NCBI GenBank assembly: GCA_022605425.2
Contig: JAKIMF020000005.1
Coordinates: 1,054,001-1,118,000, forward strand
Source of the DNA: Hamiltosporidium tvaerminnensis FI-OER-3-3
Lineage: Eukaryota > Fungi > Microsporidia
DNA length: 64,000 nt
Direction of reading: 5' to 3'
A program made the position numbers and the translations under genes. Shown here piece after piece: positions 24,561-37,408 of this stretch (its first letter is position 1; every line of letters begins with the position of its first letter). The notes beneath the pieces were generated by a model. That model made no database searches. It was not told the DNA's origin and was given only the letters and a program-made list of their open reading frames with translations.

Positions 24561-26057
24561 AATAAATTCGGAAATAAAATGTAAAAAATAATAAAAACCA
24601 GTATAAAATCAGGAAGTTTAAGAAATGAAATACAATTTGTAAGAAATTTTAATAGGATAATAAAATTACGTTGAAATCGGTTTACAAGCAAAGATTGCAA
24701 TCATTGAAGCAAAGAAACATATAAAAATAATTTGAAAGTAAATATACTATGTTTTTTTTAGTGAATTAACAAAAATGTATATTATTACCATAACTTTGAA
24801 GGATATTTGCCCGAAATATTATAATAATTATATTAAAAGACTTTGTATTTGCAAATAACCGTAATAGTCTATAAAATATTAAAAACACTCTAAAATGGTA
24901 ATTAATAAAGAGTGAATATTTATTTAAGTCAAATATAATGATGTTAAGCAAAGTATCATTTTATCGATAGAAGAAATAGAGAGGGTTAACAAACCATTTC
25001 CATTTATAACCAAAAAAAAATAATATGCGGAATCTTGAGCAGAAATCTCTGTTTCCTTCATATTCGAAATAATATAAATCTTTAAACTCAAGGAGAAACT
25101 CAAAAAAGATGCATTTAATTCAAAATATAAAATTTTTGAACAAATTGTAATGAGAACTTATCCTGTATTCAACAAAAATACAAGACAATAATAATCTATT
25201 GTGGCATTACATAAATAAAACAACAAATAAAAGAAGCTAATCTAAATAAAACAAAATTTCGATGTTGAATTTGTTTATAATAGAAATTTATAAATTTTTA
25301 AGATGTTGTATGAATTTTTATACCAATAATAGTGTTTTTTCTATATTAAAAACTTGAAATAATTATGGAGCTGATTATTCGAGTTATTTGTTTGTTTAAT
25401 ATTCTATTTTCGCACTTTGAATTCTTTTTATAATATTCAAGATTTACTTCTTTCGTTTTTTATTTTCTGCTTGACAAAATTAAAAATATTCAATTTATTT
25501 TTAAGGATTCTTCTCAGACTATTTATATGATGTTGGATAAGGATTTATAATATATTAAAAATCTATTTTAATAGATAAATATAGATTTAAATATATTCGC
25601 TTGTCAAACGCGCAAAAAAGAAAAGTTTTTTTCGCAAATATTTTTTTAAATATTTTAAATATAATTCAAATGAAATGGAATATAATGTTTAAAAAACGAT
25701 AGAAACTTCTTTTTCTTAGTCATATTAATTTTATTTTTTGCTTAATTTCGTTTTTTTGGGTAAAATCTAAAAATATTTTGGTTTTTTCGTCATATGCCTC
25801 ATTTTAAATTTCCTAAGCTTCGGAATGGTCTAAAACAATCATAAAAAGAACTGTACATGTATGTATAAACCATTACCTTTATAATAATACCACATTTTAT
25901 TATTGTCTTTCATATGCCGTTTCTGTCTTGCCAAATATTATTTCTTACGTCCAAGGTATTTTACTTCATGCCATACGCCCCTTTTAAAATAAGCCAAAAA
26001 TTAAATTTATTGCTTGCCAAATAGACCGCCTCTAATGGTACTTAAATCTTTGCTTTG

Positions 26058-27390
26058 TTATTAATAAAATTTTGGGTTTAACTGCTTTTCACTCTTTTAG
26101 AGATTTTATTTCCCCTCTTTACCACCATCCTTTCTTCTACTAAATCCGACTCTTCTTTAATATATATTTTAGGTTCTTTCATATTGATAAGCAGTATATG
26201 ATTTTTTTTAACATTTTGAGGTCATTTTCCTCGTTATGCATTTGTTTTTTTGGCGGTGTTTGTTTCTCATAGATTTCGGCTTATTAAATAACACACATTG
26301 ACGCAGTTTACTAGCTCTCTTTAGCATTTGTTCTTAACTTAAATCCTTTTCGTCTATCATAGAAAATTGTTTTTTATGTCTTCTTGTGTACCATTATTCG
26401 ATATTTGTTTCTAACTTCTACGGTATTTTTAGTTTTCTCGGATACTAATTATGATATTTTACCAAGATACCATCCCAGGTAATTACTTAAAAAAGTATCT
26501 GCATAATAGACTCATAATTAAGACCTAACTCATTACGTAGCTTTCAAAGTTTTTAATTTTTAAGCTTTCAACTATTTCAAATGAATATTAAGAAGTTATT
26601 TTTTGTTCATTGGGCGTTATACTTTATTTCTTCTTTATAAAATAAATACATTTGGTCTATTGTTCTGAATTTCTTTATAGAGGTCATTCGTGTGTCATTT
26701 TTTCTTTGAATACCCATTTCGAGAATTTCTTGAACTTAGTAGCTTCTAATTTGGTTTGTAGACTTAAAATTATGTTAATTTAGTTGGAGTAAATGTATGC
26801 ATGATAACCCTTTGTTCTGTAGCTAGTATAGTTAAACCAAGAAATTTTTACACTCGTCACTAAATCTTCTACTTTTTTAATAAATTGATTGCAGCATTGA
26901 TACATACCTTCTGCTTTCGAGATACATTTCTATTCCGGATATTTCAGAACACGGTTTTTCTCTTGAGTCAAAATTTCCTTTCTTTAGCCATCCGAAAAAG
27001 TCATTTGATCTTACTAGCTTATCGTTTCTATCTAAGCACAACTACGAATGCGGTTTTTTTTTGCAATTTAGTTATACATGAGAGATTTTAGACTATCTTG
27101 TATTTGTTTTTTGTAACTTCCTCTGCAAGTCCGTAATTTATTTGTTAAAAAAAATTTATTAGTGCAAGATGAGTTTTACTATTATTCTCGACCTTTGTGA
27201 TGTTACTTTTCTGGTAAGAATATCTTTAAATTTTTCACGAAAATTCAAGAGTGGCTTATCTTAGGCTCATCTCGAAACCAATGCTCTTGTAAACTTCTTC
27301 CGTCATTTTTACGGGGAATATATAAACGTTCTTTACATTCTGGCTGTGATGTATTTTGTTCTTTATTAAAACAGCGGGTACTGCACCATG
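26058..27390 (-). mobile_element. Old, 5'-truncated R4-like retrotransposon relic (copy D)
   Basis: Has the conserved 3' end (ttaataaaattttgggtt) and blocks matching copy E (taaatccgactcttc, accatcccaggt, ccaactcatt, tttattagtgcaagatg, taaacgttctttacattctgg). Confidence 0.8.
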
Positions 27391-27494
27391 TTACAACAAG
27401 AAGTCAAATTAAAAATTAATATTTACTTTTACGAATATATTTTCAAAAAATAGGCTTAATTAGAAGAATAAATACAAAAATTTAAATATCAATT

Positions 27495-29863
27495 TTATTC
27501 AAAGATCAACATTCTTAAAGGAAATTCTTCTTTCAAATAATTTACATTATTTTTAGAAATTTCTCCAATAATATTTATCTCTTTTAATTTTCTTAAATGG
27601 CATCTTTTTATAGCCCAAAAATAGCATTTACTATCGTCTTTATAAATATCAAGTAGCTTTAGATTTTCCAATAATGATAAAAAATTTAGCGATTTGACAT
27701 CATTTAAATCCAAATCCATGTTGATCAAACAAAGAGATTTTATATTTCTAGAAAGATCACGATTTTGCAAGATATCAGCCAATAAATGTATTGATTCAGT
27801 GGATTTTATTTTATTTAGAGTGAGGTTTACTATGTTGTTCATTGATTTAAAAGCCAAAACTTCATCTAAATTCAATTCAACATCCTTAAGTGTGAATGTC
27901 GGAAAACTAGAATTCTTAAAATATAAAGCTACTAAACTGAATTCTAGATTATTTGGATCTAAGTTGGATAAGCCGCTTTTCTCTTGATTAGAAGAACGCA
28001 AAGAGAAATCCGAATTTACTATTTCGCCTCCTAATTTAGAATCTTGACTAGTAACTTTAAATATCATATATTTGCCTGAATAATCAAATTTTTTCAAATT
28101 TTTTAATTTATAGACAAAATTGTTATAAAATAATGAAGGTGTGAAACTCGAATCAAATATATTCAATGTATCCAATGAATTGTTACAAATATATGGATTT
28201 GGAAATAAATCCCCATCGATTTGTATCTGACATTCTATAAGAGTAAGGTTTTGTAAGATAGAAGTATTTAAAATTTTGTCTAAGAGCCTAGAATCAATAA
28301 CAAAATTTTGTAATTTTAAACTTTTTATTCTTTATTCTTCTAAAAATTTAAAGGATAAATCTTCGCTCCCTTTGATCGGTCCCCTGTTAAGAATAAACAA
28401 TTCATTAAGGTTGGGAAATACCGAAAGAAAATTTATAAGATCTTCTGCTTCAGAATTAAAAATTTCTACTGATGTAGATGTAATAACGTTTCCATAAGAT
28501 TTTACTATCATAGATCTGAATGCTTCGTTTTTAGAGTTAATATATTTACCTATTGAAAAATAATAGCAAGGAATTTCAATCGGTATTCCAAGTGAGCAAT
28601 TATTAAAATCTTTCAAGACATTTTCACATTTAATATTTAAAGATTCTATTTTCATACATTTCGCTACGTCTAATATTGAGTATAACGCAGAATTTTTTAG
28701 GGTTTCAACCTCAATTATCATATTTTTCAAATTCCTAAATTTATAGAACTTAGAAACAGAAGAAATATTCAATGTTTTGTCTTTAATCTTTAAAATTCTT
28801 ATTGTGTCTAAAAAAGAAAGAATACACAATATATCCAATATTCTATCTGTCGATGAATCATTTATATACAGGACAACTGCATTTTGTGGCATAAGAGGCA
28901 TAAAAAATCCAAAATCGGGAATATTATTTTCGTGGAAATCTTTTATTTCGATTATATATCAACATTTATAAGTTTTAAAAGGAAATTCAAAAGCGCATGT
29001 TTGCAAAAAAAGGGATAGAAAATTTTCCAAGTATTTGCAAATGTTGGTGATAAAATGATATTAACACTATTTCCAATGTTTGAAAATAGGGTATTCTTAT
29101 CTAAAATTTCACCTTCGAATGTTTCAGAGGGAGAAGTACTGTGAATAGAAAAATTTTTATACAGTGAACAACCCAATATATTAAAAGATTTTAAAATAAC
29201 CCAATTATCTACTTCTTGCTGAAATGTTTGAAAATTTATCATTAAATTTTGAAAATATTCATCTTTTAGTTCTCTATTGTAATATTGAATTAATTCTTTC
29301 AAACAAGTTTCAAATTTTTTGTCATCTTGGATTCAAAAAATTTTTGAAAGGCGTAAAAAATCTAAAAATGTATTTCCACCCAAAGTTTCGTACAAAAAGA
29401 AATTACTGTCATTTAAAAGTAGATTAAAGAGATTTACCTGTTTTTCTAAAAAATTTCCTAGGAAAATAGTATTTATTTCTCGATTTCTTTCAAATAATCC
29501 CACAGTAAAATTGGAATTTGAACTATATTGAACTGTAAAATGATGGATAGCCTGGAATTGATGTTTTGCCTTTATATAACTTATAAATTCAGACATTTGG
29601 TAACATTTGTTTTCATCTTTAACAAATATGATGGTATTACTTAACAATGAATTGATTATAATTGTATTTTCTAAGCCTTTGTCAAAATCATCTCTACTAT
29701 CTACATAAAACAATTTAATATCTACGCAGTTTTGAACTATTAATAAAAGTAGAAGTACTTTCATTGACATCGTTTTTGGTAATAAAATTTTTTCAGAAAC
29801 GTTGTTTATTACATCATTCATTGAGTCCTTTTTATTTTTAGATTCAAATATTTTTACATTCAT
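27495..29863 (-). pseudogene. Frameshifted LRR-family gene with signal-peptide-like N-terminus (four consecutive fragments)
   Basis: Consecutive minus ORFs 29333-29863, 28952-29302, 28332-28901 and 27495-28175 form one LRR-type protein (FPNLNELFI, LKNLKKFDY, LSLLENLKL). MSMKVLLLLLIVQNC from ATG 29770 looks like a signal peptide. Similar in character to the 1-1101 gene. Confidence 0.7.
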
Positions 29864-30160
29864 ATATTTATATATTTAATCTACAAAAAATATTAATCCA
29901 TTTATAGATTATGTACTTCGTTTTTTTCCGTTTTAATTTAATTTAATCGCCAATGTTAAATCCATGGAACATTTTAATCAATCATCGGATTGAATCAAAT
30001 TTATACATGCATATACAACACCTTTGCCCCTTCTCATAAATTATATTCCTCAAATGTTTAATCTATTGAATTTATTTAATCTATTCAAAAAAAATTAGAA
30101 AAATAAAAGAGTTAGTAGAATAAATCCTTAATATATTTAGGGAATTCTTAAATAATCATA

Positions 30161-33100
30161 ATTTATTTAATAAAATTCTGGGTTAAAATATTTTTAACAT
30201 TTTTTATATGTTTTCTTCTAACTCTTTAACCACTTTTGTCTCTTCTTCCAAATCCGACTCTTCATTTATGTTATTGGTCGGTTCCTCTTTGTAAAATAAA
30301 GGGTGCTTTATATTTTGGTTTAAAATTTTTTGCACCATCTTCCGCTGTTTTCGATTCTTTTAAAGGGGGTATTGGTTCCTCATGCATCTCTGATCTCATA
30401 ATAACACCCATTGACGCTCTCTCCCAGCTCTCTTCGGCATTAGTCCTGACTCAAGTCCTCTTCGTTGATCAAAGGAAATTGTTTCGACCGCCTTCTTACG
30501 TACTATAGACTGAATGTATGCTTCTACATTCATGGGTATTTCTAGCCTTTTAAGATGAGATTTATGGTATTTGGTCACAATACCGTCCCAGGTCATCACA
30601 TAAGAGATTATCTCAACACTACACTTATAAATAAGACCCAACTCATTGGCTAGCAGGTCATACTTTATAAGTTTTCAGTTTCAACTATTTGAAGTGAATC
30701 TTGGGAAGTGATTCCTACTTCAATGAGTGTTATCTTATTCTTCTTCTTATCTAAAATTTATATGTCCGGTCTGTTATTCCTAATTTTAACATCAGTTTTT
30801 ATTCTGGTGTCCACTCTTATCTCTGCGTACTCATTATCAAGAATTTCTTGAACTGAGTGACTCCTTATTCGTTTGGAAGACTTAAACTTATATCTATTTA
30901 GAAGAAGTAGGTGTAGGCATCTAACCACTTCATTATGCCGTCTAGTGTAATCATGGCCTAGCATTTTTTCACATCTAGTTGCTAGATGATCTACAGTCTT
31001 ACCAGACTTCCCACAATGTTAACACACACCATCTGCTCCCCAGAATACATTTCTATCCTGGATATAGCAGAACACAGCTTCATTTCGTGGCCTAATATCC
31101 CCTCTCTTTAACCATCTTATAGCGTCACTAACACTTACAAGCTCATTTTTCCTTGCATTATATAACTTTAACTGGAGTTTTCGTTTTTCTATTTCGTTAT
31201 ATAGTTTTGCAAGTTGAGCTTCTTCTAAACTTTTCTTAGTGACTGCTTCTACCAACCTGTACTTTACTTTTAAGAAGCCTTTTATTAGTGCAAGATGGGT
31301 TTTATTATTATTATCTACCTTGAGGATTGCTGCTGGTCTAGTTGATATTTCTTTACTTTTTTTCCAGACAATCCAAGAGTTGCAGAAGCATATGTTCGCT
31401 TCGCAACTCAACACTATGTAGGCCTCTTCCAAGTTCTGTTCTAGGAAGGTATAAACGCTCTTTACATCCTGGGCGGAGATGTATCTTATTCTTCACCAAC
31501 ACCGCACGTACAGCATCATCTAACCTAGAGAATTCAGCCGGTTCAAGTCGAAGTACTCCTATGTGATAGTTGATTAACGATATCGCATGTTGATTGATTG
31601 CAGAAAATGAATTTTTTGCATTTAATCTAATGTGACAAAGTCTTTCAACTCTTGATATAACTTTGCTCTGTACTTCTTCAAATGAGCTACGTGTTGGAAT
31701 TCCTCTGCTATCTTCTATTATTCCTAAATATTTGTAAACACTAACACCTTCTAGAAGAGTTGCAGTATCTTCACACCACGTATCATTTGTGGCTGACTTC
31801 TCTTTGTTAATCTCTAAGCCAATCACCTCTAAAAATTCCTTTGCCTCGCCTGTCATAGCACTCAATGTGGAGCTGTCTTTTGCAAGGAGCTTAAGATCAT
31901 CAATAAACAAGAGATGATTAGTAGAGTGGGATTCTGCATCTGTTTGTACTGTCACTTTTGTGTATTTTTCATTAAGCTTTCGGCTTAATGGATCCATACA
32001 CAAAACAAAAAACAAAGGTGACAAACTATCTCTTTGTAGAATCCCTCTATCAATCTTCTTGCTCATGATTTTTTCAGGCCCTACTGATATATCAATTTTC
32101 CATTTTGATATAATTACCTTAATAAATTTCAGGATCCAATCAGGTAAATTAAGGTTTTCAATGCATTGAGTTAAATAAGCATGATCTATTGAATCATAAG
32201 CTTTTTTAACATCAATCCATGTTGCCTTAAGATTATTTCCATAATCTTTATTTAAGGCAATTTCAGTAGAGCCTGCTCTTTCGCTCCCTGCACACCTCTT
32301 ACCGCCCCTAATTGGTTCTCTGCAAGCAACCCTCGCCTTTCCACTTCAAGTTGAACGACTTTCGTTACACACTTTGTCGTTAACTTATAGAGGTTGGACA
32401 TACAAGTGATTGGCCTGTAGTCAGAGCCTCTTCGTGGAATTCCTTTCGGTATCAAATACGTAAGCCCGCAGTAAAACCAATCAGCTTGAGGTGTTCCTTC
32501 TAAACATATAACTTTCACAATATCATAAAGATATTTGTGAAGAGTTGTAAGTTTCTCAATGAAAAAATTGTAAATACCATCAATTCCAGCAGCTTTCCAA
32601 TTAGGGAGCCAATTAATGATATTCACAAATTCATCAAGTGAAGGAAACGTGGTCGGATGATTATCTGATACAAATGGAATCAAATAATCATCGTACGTGA
32701 CAGTGTCATCATTTTTGTTCCACATTGTAGACCAAAAACTCACAATTTCATCACGGCTAACCACATGCTCGGATTCCACACGCTCAGATAACCCTCGATA
32801 AAATCGACCTCGGAAAAGCTCAAACATACGATTCTCTTTTCGGAATTGCTTCCTACTTTCATGCATCGTAATTTTTTTCTCGTAAACATTCAAAGACTCA
32901 TTCTTCTTAACTAAAGCCTCAGAAAGATCAGTTACGCTGCTCAAGTTTCAATTAAACTCTCGCATGATTTTCTTTAGGCTCTTCGTTTCCGAAGTGGAGA
33001 GCTTTTCCTGCTTACGAGCTTTCTCGAGGAGATCTTTGGAAAGTACTAACTTAGAAATTTTACTTTCTATGTTTTCCTTCCAAGCGGATCTAGGCTTCTC

Positions 33101-33951
33101 TTTACGTGTTGCCTCGTCATAGCATACCTGCGCAGCTTGCATGATATACGCGGCTTCAGTAATTGACCCAGGTACATGAGCTCCTGCATATTCACCGACT
33201 ACTCGATTAATGAGATCCAGAACTTTACTATCAACCAATTCATTTGGATGTTTTCTAGTTCGGACCACCACTTTTCCAATTTCGTTCTCAGAGATTTCTT
33301 TGATTTTACTCAAGAATTTATCTCTCAGGTTTATGTACTCCGTGGTGTCGGTCAAGGTGCATGTATCAGCGAGACAAGTGGCGATTCTACGTCGCTCTCC
33401 ATTCTCTTCTGATTTTACATCCTTTCCCATCTCACTTTGTGCCAATTTTTTTAACACTTCGAGAGTTTCAGTGCAGCCGAATTTCTCATTATAGTACCTG
33501 TGAAGCTCTGTCCAGCCATTTCTTGGCATTCTTTCAAACCTTGTCTGTACTGCAAAAAAAACAATTCGAGGCCATTCCTTCGGGTCGGCTGTTACGGAAT
33601 CGAATATCGTCCGCAATGCCATTAGCCTGTTACCTTCCGGAATAGCTAGAGTACAGGGGCTTGTCATGTCGTACGATGGCTCGCACGCAGAGACTTCAAC
33701 CGAAGAGGGAACTGGTGCATTAGGCGAAGGTAAGGTGTCAAGCCCACTATTTTGCATTTTACTGCATGTTTGGCTTGGTGGTGGAGGTGTTATTGTTGTG
33801 TAGGAGGAGGAAGGTAGGGGAATCGCCGGTGGGTGTAGCTTACATTTTTGTACTTCACTATCACTCTTCTTCACCTCATCAGCGTCGTTTGCAGCCTTTA
33901 TTTTGGTATTATTCGATATTTCGCTGCTAACATTTTTCTTTCTACCCATAT
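30161..33951 (-). mobile_element. Full-length R4/Dong-like non-LTR retrotransposon (copy E); single ORF 33949-30204 (~1245 aa) broken by about 7 stops/frameshifts
   Basis: ATG at 33949, then Pro/Ser-rich N-terminus, RT (NWKAAGIDGIYNFF, TYLIPKG...DYRPITC, ENQLG, WIDVKKAYDSIDH, GIL QRDSLSP, LFIDDLKL, YKYLG), CxxC..H..C, RHNEVV, RPDI...EVG..KY endonuclease and acidic tail. No APE domain. Confidence 0.95.
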
Positions 33952-35899
33952 TTAAAAATCATACAAATATAACTTATTTCGATTTAATTTGCGTAAAAAG
34001 TAATTTAAAACATGAAATAATGGGATATGATGGTTAAATATGAAAAAATAAAATGGTTGAAATGTGCATCGTTCAATTCAAAGCTTTTGAAAAATTATAA
34101 AAATCGAAAGAACAAAATATTGCTTTTGTCTCGAAACTAGATGAATAGAGAATCATATAAATGATTAAAAATATATCCTACTAGCAACAACCGAAAATGA
34201 TTCTTATGTAATAGTTTTTTTATCTTGATGAGATAACTGACATACTAGCATCAGATTGTCAAGCAAATTTAATTAGAAACTACAGTGGGATATCCTGAAT
34301 GAAGAAATGCTCAGTTTAGCACCATTAACAACAATATCAAAAAAAAACAAATATTTCAAGCAATAAAAGTCTTCGTCAACAGAAAATAGCGCTTTTAAAT
34401 TGTTATGTACCGATCGATGGTACTCGCAATATAACGTGCGAGAAAATGTTTTGTTAACAAGTTTAATATACACATTGAAATTCGATTCTTGCTTTCATTG
34501 CATCAAATCATTTTATTTGGCAAAACAAGGGTTAAGCCATACAAGGGTAATATAATACATTTTGTTAAATTAGCTTATTTGATGTACGCAAGCCTATAAA
34601 CATTAGAAATTTTCGACTACTATAAATTATCCTTAAAAATTACATTTTAGCTTATTTATATACAACAAAATGCAAAAGTTAAGTCTCAGAAAGGTTTTTT
34701 ACAATTATTTGTGTTTTTAGATGATAATAGATTTTTTTACACTATTCAAAGATTAAAGAGCATAAAATTAATTTATTCAAATCGACTGGCTTATCTATTT
34801 TATGTTATTTAATTGCTTTACAAGCAATTTCGTTAAATGTAAAACTAAAAATAGCAATAAAACAATGGATGTCACTTTTTATTAAATGAAAGCATTTGAA
34901 GCAAATTATAACTTTTAATCGTGACATTTACTATAATGCGGAAGAATATTTCCAGAATACAAAAAAAATCAGAAGTTCTAAGATATCTTGAGAAAATTCG
35001 ACGGGTTACATTGATAGACAAATATTTCGTTATTCAGTCATTCATAAACGTATTTTCTTTTAAATTTAACCACTTTATAGACTTGAAAAAATATCAAAAT
35101 TAGGAAATTAACTCGATTTGAATAGTTTTGTGTGGATAAATTAAGAATATTTTGGAATGCCATTATCGATTTCGTATCTAGCTTAATATGGCATCAAGAA
35201 TAGTTGAAAAAAAAATTATATAATAGCAAGTTAAAATAACAAAGTTAAACATTTTTAAAATCGACAAATAAGGAAATATTAGATAATTTTATAGATATCC
35301 AGGAAATTTTTAATTCTTTAAAAATATTTGCGATAGCTATTATAACGATCTGTTTTTCGATGCTTCCCTCTAGGTCATTATATCCCGAATCAAGGATATA
35401 AAAAGTGGTATAAGGAATGAAATGCTGGATAAACTACGTGGAGTAGGTCTTATTAAAGTATACGAAATATGAACCTGGTATAAAATATCTATGAGCCAAT
35501 TTAAAGCAAAAAACAAGTGTACAGGGGATCTTTTTTATAAGACAAGTTTGGTATGACTTATGTTTATAAGCTCATCCTTTCAAACTCTATGTAGATTGTT
35601 GAAACTGCCCAATAGAATCTCATAAACCTTTTGTTTTGGAGTTATTTGCATAAAACCGGTCTGCCATGGCAGAAAATGCGCATAACTATAAGTAAGGTCG
35701 TACAAAAGCAAAAGAAGATTAGTTTATAATGAAATAGATTAAAAAAATATTAATTAAGGCATAATATTGTTTAAAGAACAACAAAAAAGTTGCTACTTTA
35801 TCTTACTTGGTAATTAAAGAAAAAATGAATTTCTAACGTTAAATTAGAGTATATAAATTCTCTTCTATAAATCAGGAAAATCAATTTCTGCTGAATGAT

Positions 35900-36700
35900 C
35901 TTTTAATACTTAAAAGAAAAATATTATAAACTGCGATAAAATTCTTTATTATGCAATTACCAAAGTCAAATGTACTTTTATACGCAAAAGCATAATTTAT
36001 GTATGCCGATAATTTTTTAAAATAATTATATTACGTAAAACATCATTTTAAGATTTTTATTTACATTTTTATTAAAACGCCGGAACCGCTTTTTAAAAAG
36101 ATATCGGGTCAAGATCTAGAAAAGGATCCAAATACATTGTATACAAAATAATATAGATAGCCAGATTAAATTCTATTGTATAAACCTAGAAAAATTGAAT
36201 AATAGATTTGATATTTATTTTAAAATATAGAAAATTTATAGAACAACTAAATTTAATTAAAACTATATGATTACTTTTGAGTAGATGTTGTTAATTATGA
36301 ATTAACAAGCCATTTTTGTATTATCATAAGTATCTTCGAAGGTTTTGGTAATGATTTTTATTTAATAAGGAGTTTGTACCTTATCTATCGAAAGCAATTA
36401 AAGAAAAGTTCAAAGAATTTTGAAATCAATTAGAATGAGCGCATAATAATTAATTTTTCTAACATTAGTCAAACTGTAGAATATTTAGGACTATGAGAAA
36501 TTTGCTAAGAATAAAGCATAGAAACCGAAAGGTATTGGTGCAAATATTATAAAAATGCTGATATAAGACATAGCCTTACCTTTATTTCATAAAAATAAGT
36601 TGAATGATAAAAGAATACAGAATTTACAAATGAAGAAAATATCTAGTTTTTGAGCGAAATTTTTGCTAAAATCAAAGGAATTTGTTCCAAGTAGCTAAAA
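35900..36700 (+). mobile_element. Highly decayed Ty3/Gypsy RT relic (tentative)
   Basis: IINFSNISQTVEYLG at ~36440-36490 resembles the Gypsy RT-end motif; upstream FLLKRRN..YRV resembles the RT start. Many stops. Confidence 0.3.
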
Positions 36701-36716
36701 ATATTAAAGAAGCATC

Positions 36717-37408
36717 TTTATTTAAAAATATCGTATCTTTTTAAGACAGTGACACGTGCTATATTTTTTTCATGATGTTACACTGTTTAGAGTAATGCTT
36801 ATATAGCTACTCCCCAACACATCATAAGTACCTTTTGCTATAACTAGTTCAAAACCATTTCATTTAAAGGATATTTAAGACTCATTTAGTGCGAAGCAGT
36901 TTCCTGGGCCGCAATCGCAGGTCGAAATCCACCTTGTGGTTCTCTAAGATCAGGTTCTCACTTACTCCGTACTTTCTAAACCGAAACAGATTTCGAAAAA
37001 ATATATCTCGGCAACATACATGCAGTCCACCTAGACATATAAATTCCATAGCAACAGCTATAACCTGCATCTTAGCTTTATCGGTCTTTAAAGTGTTTAA
37101 TTGTTTGTATCTATGGGTATTAATTCTTCTAAACCGAGTGAGAAAGGCTAAGTTTCCGTAATTTTGTATAGACTTACCCAAAATCTCAAGCGTGTTTACG
37201 GATCTTGTCACTTAAAAAAACAAAATAGATTTTTAGAATAGGTTTCGCCATTTCATGAACGTTCTCTTCCTCATACAAAAACCTATGAAACAAATTAAAA
37301 CTTAGTGTGATTTTCTCACCACTAAAAATTTAAATAATGATTTCATACATTAATTACATCTATTCATTGTCAGGCAGATAGTTTTTTATGATCTTATCCT
37401 CCCTTCAT
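36717..37408 (-). repeat. Unidentified dispersed repeat X, copy 3
   Basis: Starts ATGAAGGGAGGATAAGATCATAAAAAACTATCTGC (cf. ATGGAGGGAGGATAACCACATAAAAAACTTTCTGC at 52691) and ends gatatttttaaataaa. ORF 36882-37211 shares SI.NYG..AFL.RFRRI with ORF 11289-11549. Confidence 0.82.

Noticed and set aside
11969-33645. Plus-strand ORFs overlapping the retroelements (11969, 13014, 14616, 15066, 30236, 31239, 31342, 31960, 33176, 33210, 33361)
   Set aside because: Antisense shadows of the minus-strand retrotransposon ORF with no independent coding signal.
30204-33949. Stop-codon readthrough, alternative genetic code or introns explaining the broken retroelement ORF
   Set aside because: Lesions differ between copies C and E (e.g. 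TTA>TGA at 32948, CAA>TAA at 31019). Core genes end normally at TAA/TGA, and no GTAAGT..TAG introns sit at the breaks, so this is ordinary decay.
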